Shown here: piece after piece, positions 59,617 to 64,000 of the stretch | Layout: every line of letters starts with the position of its first letter | Position numbering within the stretch: position 1 is the first letter of the stretch | Origin: an uncultured Candidatus Rokubacteria bacterium | GTDB lineage: Bacteria > Methylomirabilota > Methylomirabilia > Rokubacteriales > CSP1-6 | NCBI GenBank assembly: GCA_963771355.1 | Contig: CAVYTA010000006.1 | Location: 512,001 to 576,000 of the forward strand | Direction of reading: 5' to 3' | Length of the DNA stretch: 64,000 bases | The notes under the pieces: model-generated | The model's input: the letters and a program-made list of their open reading frames with translations, nothing else | The model's database searches: none | Told to the model about the DNA's origin: nothing | Made by a program: the position numbers and the translations under genes

Positions 59617-60291
59617 CTAGCCGGCGGCGGAGAGGCGCGCCGCGATGCCGCGCGCGAGCAGCAGGCGGCCGGCGCGGGTGTGGGGGCCGCGCGCGAGGAG
59701 CAGGCGAAGGTCCTCGGGCGCGTCCACGTCGAGACCGATCCCGGGGAGCTCGAGCACGGTCGGGATGAGACCGTGGGCGCGCGCCGCGTCGAGGTGATTC
59801 GCGAACGAGGGCTCGCCGAACTTGAGCGGCATGGCGTCGGGCGGCGCCAGCAGCGCGGCGTTGGTCCCGAAGCCGGACAGCGAGGGCACGAAGGCCGCGC
59901 CGGGGCTGCCGCCCAGCGCGGCGAGGAGCGCGCGGACCTCCGCCGCCGAGGCGCAGGGCACGTCCCCGGGGATGGTGAGGAATCGGGCGAAGCCGCGCTC
60001 CGCCGCCACGCGCTGGCCGAGCGCCACCGCTTCCGTGTGCCCGCGGTTCGCGCTCTCGGTGAGGCAGGGGGTCCCGCGGCGGCTCGCCAGCGCCAGCACC
60101 TCGAGGTCCTTGGTCACGAGGTGCACCGCTACGTCGTCCACGGCGTCGAGGGCGTCGAGCACGTCCTCCAGCATGGCCGCGGCGAGATCATGGCGCTCGT
60201 CGGGAGCCAGGGCGGGCATCAACCGCTGCTTGGCATTGAGGAGGTCCTTGACCGGGAGCGCGGCCAGCACGGTGGGAGCCGACCTGGTCAT
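59617..60291 (-). CDS. cofC: 2-phospho-L-lactate/PEP guanylyltransferase
   Basis: LPVKDLLNAKQRL, MLEDV, GTNA, FGEPSF, DVDAPEDL; ATG 60291. Confidence 0.92.
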   Translation of the reverse strand: MTRSAPTVLAALPVKDLLNAKQRLMPALAPDERHDLAAAMLEDVLDALDAVDDVAVHLVTKDLEVLALASRRGTPCLTESANRGHTEAVALGQRVAAERGFARFLTIPGDVPCASAAEVRALLAALGGSPGAAFVPSLSGFGTNAALLAPPDAMPLKFGEPSFANHLDAARAHGLIPTVLELPGIGLDVDAPEDLRLLLARGPHTRAGRLLLARGIAARLSAAG

Positions 60292-61214
60292 GGGATCAGC
60301 GTCAAGAGATGCCGCGCCAGCGCGGTCTCCGCCGCGCGGCCGGTCATGAGCGTGTCGGCGGTCGCCGCCCGGGGGCCCAGGGCCTCGATCTCGGGGACCA
60401 GCGCGCGATCGCGCTCGTCGGCCACCAGGACGTCGAGCCAGCCGGCGTAGGCGCGGGCCACCCCCGCGGCGGACACCGGCAGCCCCGCCATGGCCATGAG
60501 GCGCCCCGCCGGCCCCGAGACCGCGTCGCCGCCGATTATGGGGCTCACCGCGAGGACGGTGGCGCGCGTGGCCGCCAGCGCGGCGGCGATCCCGGGCACG
60601 GCCAGGATCGGCCCCACCGAGGTGATGGGGTTGGACGGGCAGACGATCACCGCTCCCGCTTCCGCGATGGCGGCCACCACGCCCGGCGCCGGCGCCGCCG
60701 CGGCCGCGCCCGCGTACTCGACGGCGCGGACGTCCGTCTGGGCCTTCTCGCGCACGAAGTACTCCTGGAAGGAGATCCACCCCTCGGGCCCGAGGATGCG
60801 GGTGCGCACGGGCTGGTCCGACATGGGCAGCACGCGGGCGGGCACCCCCAGCGCGGCGACGATGTCCGCGGTGATCTCGGTGAGCGTGCGCCCCTCGCGG
60901 AGGAGTCGGGTGCGGTGCAGGTGGGTGGCGAGGTCGCGATCGCCCAGCCCGAACCACGCGGGCTCGCCGAAGCGGGGCATCTGCTCCAGCGCGTGGAAGG
61001 TCTCGTCGCGGAGCCCCCAGCCCTTCCGCTCGTCGATGAGGCCGGCGAGGGTGTAGCAGACAGTGTCCAGATCTGGGGAAACGTGCAGGCCCCAGATCTC
61101 GGTGTCGTCGCCGGTATTGCCGATGATGGTGAGCTCCGCGGGATCGACCAGCGGCGCCAGGCCGCGCAAGAGCTTGGCCGCGCCGGTGCCCCCGGCGAGA
61201 GCGACGATCTTCAT
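60288..61214 (-). CDS. cofD: 2-phospho-L-lactate transferase
   Basis: LAGGTGAAK, NTGDD, SPDLDT, LGDRDLATH, FQEYFV, PSNP. Confidence 0.95.
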   Translation of the reverse strand: MKIVALAGGTGAAKLLRGLAPLVDPAELTIIGNTGDDTEIWGLHVSPDLDTVCYTLAGLIDERKGWGLRDETFHALEQMPRFGEPAWFGLGDRDLATHLHRTRLLREGRTLTEITADIVAALGVPARVLPMSDQPVRTRILGPEGWISFQEYFVREKAQTDVRAVEYAGAAAAAPAPGVVAAIAEAGAVIVCPSNPITSVGPILAVPGIAAALAATRATVLAVSPIIGGDAVSGPAGRLMAMAGLPVSAAGVARAYAGWLDVLVADERDRALVPEIEALGPRAATADTLMTGRAAETALARHLLTLIP

Positions 61215-61220
61215 CGCGAC

Positions 61221-61745
61221 CTAGCGGCGGCGCCGGCCGGCGGTGGGCGGAGCGGCGGCGCGACGCGCGGCCTCCGCTCGCCCGGCCATGCTCCAGATGG
61301 CGGTGCCGCCGCGCCAGCCGAAGAGGCCGATGCCGGGTCGCCCGCGAAGGGCTTCCGGCAGGTCGGCCTCGGGAATGGGAATGAAGCCGTTGCGTACCCA
61401 GACGCGATCCAGGCTCTGCGGTCGCGTGTAGAGGGTGATGATGCCCTGAGCCTCGGCAAGACTCAGGGCATCGTCGAGGAGCCGGGCCGCGATCTCGACG
61501 GCGGCGTCCGGATCGGGCGTATCGGAAGCCACCACCACGGGGCCGTAGAGCATGGCCGCGGTTTCCGCCCGCTCGAGCAGGAGGGCTCCGGCGAGCCGAT
61601 CGCCCTCCCACGCGCCCCAGCCGGCCGAGACCGCCAGCGCGGGCGGGAGCCACGCGCCCACGAATCCGAAGAGGTCCCGGGCGTCCTCCCCGGGAGCGGG
61701 AAGGGCTCGATACACGAGCCCCTCAGGATCGCTACTTCTTGCCAA
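61221..61745 (-). CDS. Hypothetical protein, possible degenerate GNAT fold
   Basis: Pattern like ArgA/ArsN2-type GNATs (LAGALLLE...LYGPVV...LYT...GF) without a clear acetyl-CoA loop. Start uncertain (61745 or 61715). Confidence 0.6.
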   Translation of the reverse strand: MARSSDPEGLVYRALPAPGEDARDLFGFVGAWLPPALAVSAGWGAWEGDRLAGALLLERAETAAMLYGPVVVASDTPDPDAAVEIAARLLDDALSLAEAQGIITLYTRPQSLDRVWVRNGFIPIPEADLPEALRGRPGIGLFGWRGGTAIWSMAGRAEAARRAAAPPTAGRRRR

Positions 61746-62019
61746 GCACCGTGTCCTTGAGGCTCTTCGAGAGCCGGAACTTCACCACGCGCTTCGCGGG
61801 GATCTTGATGGGCTCGCCGGTCTGGGGGTTGCGGCCCATGCGCGCCTTGCGGTTGGCGAGGACCAGGCGCCCGAAGCCGGGGACGACGAAGACGTTCTTC
61901 GCCTCCTTGGTCGCGAGCGAGAGGAGCTGATCCATCAGCTCGACCACCTGCTTCTTGCTGAGATTGGACTTCTGCGCGAGGTGGCCGATGATGGCGGACT
62001 TGGTCATCGTTTTTGCCAT
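61732..62019 (-). CDS. hup: HU family DNA-binding protein
   Basis: MAKTMTKSAII...PGFG...RKARMGRNPQTGEPIKIPAKRVVKFR. Confidence 0.93.
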   Translation of the reverse strand: MAKTMTKSAIIGHLAQKSNLSKKQVVELMDQLLSLATKEAKNVFVVPGFGRLVLANRKARMGRNPQTGEPIKIPAKRVVKFRLSKSLKDTVLGKK

Positions 62020-62081
62020 GAGGGAAGCCTCCGTTTCAGGGGTTGGGGTGAAAGGCCGGATCAAGCGGCGACTAGTGTCAC

Positions 62082-63347
62082 TCAACCGGCGGACGTCTTC
62101 AAGGGGTGCACGAAACGAAACTGCGTGGACGCAGTGAGCCTCCGGTATGAACCGAAGCGCGCTTCCGCGTCGGCGACGTTGTCGAGCGGCGAGGCCTCGT
62201 CGTCGTCTTCCGTCTTGTACACCTTGATGAGCTCGTACTCGGTATTGCGGCGGGCGGGGATGCGTCCCGCGTCGCGGACGAGCCGGCGGAGCTCGGCGGG
62301 CGGCACCAGCTGGCCAAAGCCCGCGCCCGCCGAGGTGGAGATGGACTCGTTGATGAGCGTCCCGCCGAGGTCGTTGGCCCCGCAGGTGAGGAGCTGCTGC
62401 GAGAGCTTCGGCCCCTCCTTCACCCACGAGCACTGGATGTTGCGGAAGCTCGGCCCGAGGATGAGTCGCGCGAGCGCGTGCATCTTGATGACCTCGAGCC
62501 CGGTGGCGCCCGGCCGCACGCCGGGGACCAGCCCGCGCTGGTACATCGGCGCCTCCGAGTGGATGAGGGAGAGCGGCACGAACTCCGTGAAGCCGCCGGT
62601 GCGGTGCTGGATCCCGCGCAGGAGATCCATGTGGCGGATCCAGTGCTCGGGGCGCTCGATGTGGCCGTACATGATGGTGGAGGTGGTGCGGATGCCCAGC
62701 GCATGGGCGGAGGTGATCACCTCCTGCCACTGCTCCACGGTGATGCGGCCCTTGGCGATGACGTCGCGGATCTCCTGATCGAGGATCTCCGCGGAGGTGC
62801 CGGGCAGGGTGCCGAGCCCCGCCGCCTTGAGCTCCCGCAGGTAGTCGGGGATCGCCATGCCCGCGCGCGTCGAGCCGTACAGTATTTCCTCGGGAGAGAA
62901 GGCGTGGAGATGCATCTCCGGCACCGCCGCCTTGATGGCGCGGCAGAGATCGACGTAATAGCTGCCGTCGAGCTTGGGGGGCAGTCCGGCCTGGATGCAG
63001 ACCTCCGTGGCGCCCATCTCCCAGGCCTCGATGGCGCGTCGCACCACTTCATCGAGGGGGAGAAAGTAGCCCTCCTCCTCGCGATGGTCACGGCTGAAGG
63101 CGCAGAAGGTGCAGTGCTTGATGCAGACGTTGGTGAAGTTGATGTTGCGGTTGACCACGTAGGTGACGACGTCGCCGGCCTGCCGGTGCCGCATCTCGTC
63201 GGCGACGAGGCAGAGGGCGTGGAAGTCGCGCCCTTCGACCTCGGTCAGCCGGATCCCGTCGGCCACCGTGAGCTCCTCGCCGTCCAGCGCGCGGCCCAGG
63301 ATGGTCCGCACCTCGGGTCCCGCCCAGTTCAGGTCCTTGCTGTCCAC
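62082..63347 (-). CDS. cofH: FO synthase subunit CofH (radical SAM)
   Basis: TYVVNRNINFTNVCIKHCTFC (CxxxCxxC), PGTSAEIL, IQCSWVKEG, GANDLGGTL. Confidence 0.93.
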   Translation of the reverse strand: MDSKDLNWAGPEVRTILGRALDGEELTVADGIRLTEVEGRDFHALCLVADEMRHRQAGDVVTYVVNRNINFTNVCIKHCTFCAFSRDHREEEGYFLPLDEVVRRAIEAWEMGATEVCIQAGLPPKLDGSYYVDLCRAIKAAVPEMHLHAFSPEEILYGSTRAGMAIPDYLRELKAAGLGTLPGTSAEILDQEIRDVIAKGRITVEQWQEVITSAHALGIRTTSTIMYGHIERPEHWIRHMDLLRGIQHRTGGFTEFVPLSLIHSEAPMYQRGLVPGVRPGATGLEVIKMHALARLILGPSFRNIQCSWVKEGPKLSQQLLTCGANDLGGTLINESISTSAGAGFGQLVPPAELRRLVRDAGRIPARRNTEYELIKVYKTEDDDEASPLDNVADAEARFGSYRRLTASTQFRFVHPLKTSAG

Positions 63348-63371
63348 AGGTCTGTCCTCCGTCCTCAGAGA

Positions 63372-64000
63372 CTACCAGCTTCGCCAGCGCTCGAGGTCCT
63401 GACGGACGAGGCCGTCCGGACCGACATAGTTGGCCACGCGCGCGCGGAGCGCGCCATCCAGGAATTCGGGGCGGGCGGTGTACTCGGGGTAGATGGCGAG
63501 CCGCTCACGCAGCTCGTGTCCCGCGGCCTCGGTGACCCGGCGCAGCTCCCGCAGCAGAGGCCATGGCCGCTCGGGGTTGATGTGGTCGGGCGTCAGCGGC
63601 GAGATGCCGCCCCAGTCGTTGAGGCCGCCGGCGGGGAGGCCGCCGTAGCCCGCGTCGGCGAGATTGGGCGGAGCCTGGATGTTCATCTCGGCGCCGAGCA
63701 GGAGCCGCGCCACCGCGAGGGTTCGCAGGAGCTCCGGCAGGGTCGGGTCCGGCACCCCGCGCATCGGGATGGTGGGCTTGGCCCGGAAGTTCTGGATGAT
63801 GACTTCCTGGATGTGGCCGTGCTGCTCGTGCAGCGCGCGGATGGCGAGGAGCGCGTCCACACGCTCGGCATGCGTCTCTCCGATCCCGATCAGGATCCCC
63901 GTGGTGAAGGGGATCTGGAGCTTGCCCGCCAGGGCGATGGTCTTGAGCCGGCGCGCCGGGACCTTGTCGGGCGCGCGATCGTGAGCGAGGCCCGGACCGA
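63372..64000 (-). CDS. cofG: FO synthase subunit CofG, C-terminal part (truncated at the window end)
   Basis: PFTTGILIGIGE, HIQEVIIQNFRAK, IQAPPNL, NDWGGISPLTPDHINPERPWP, ERLAIYP. Confidence 0.92.
   Translation of the reverse strand, partial: GPGLAHDRAPDKVPARRLKTIALAGKLQIPFTTGILIGIGETHAERVDALLAIRALHEQHGHIQEVIIQNFRAKPTIPMRGVPDPTLPELLRTLAVARLLLGAEMNIQAPPNLADAGYGGLPAGGLNDWGGISPLTPDHINPERPWPLLRELRRVTEAAGHELRERLAIYPEYTARPEFLDGALRARVANYVGPDGLVRQDLERWRSW

Noticed and set aside
1..64000. tRNA, rRNA, riboswitch, prophage or integrase
   Set aside because: None recognisable by eye and intergenic gaps are short; tRNAscan-SE or Infernal would be needed to exclude them

Overview
Very GC-rich, gene-dense bacterial chromosomal window with about 60 CDS. 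The gene content suggests Candidatus Rokubacteria/Methylomirabilota, but this is inference only. In order: sthA (partial); a MoxR-DUF58-transglutaminase operon; an M20 peptidase; a Dpp-type ABC/acyl-CoA ligase/enolase-superfamily operon; a low-GC IS1-like remnant carrying an EamA passenger gene; a 7-gene translationally coupled operon (two tandem Zn-ribbon/class III cyclase/STAND ATPase/TPR proteins plus DUF4129, MoxR, DUF58 and two membrane proteins); acyl-CoA metabolism genes; a DUF222-HNH element; an orphan TRAP binding protein; a catabolic operon with three Tat-exported family-5 binding proteins and a 34-bp intergenic palindromic repeat in three copies; a Rieske oxygenase; thiolase/DUF35/SDR; a GGDEF plus HD-GYP pair; tusA with an IscS-like gene lacking the PLP lysine; and an F420 cluster (cofG cofH ... 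cofD cofC cofE npdG) interrupted by HU. About nine genes carry 1-nt frameshifts, most likely long-read indel errors. No rRNA, tRNA or CRISPR array was recognised. All family calls come from motif recognition by eye, not database searches.
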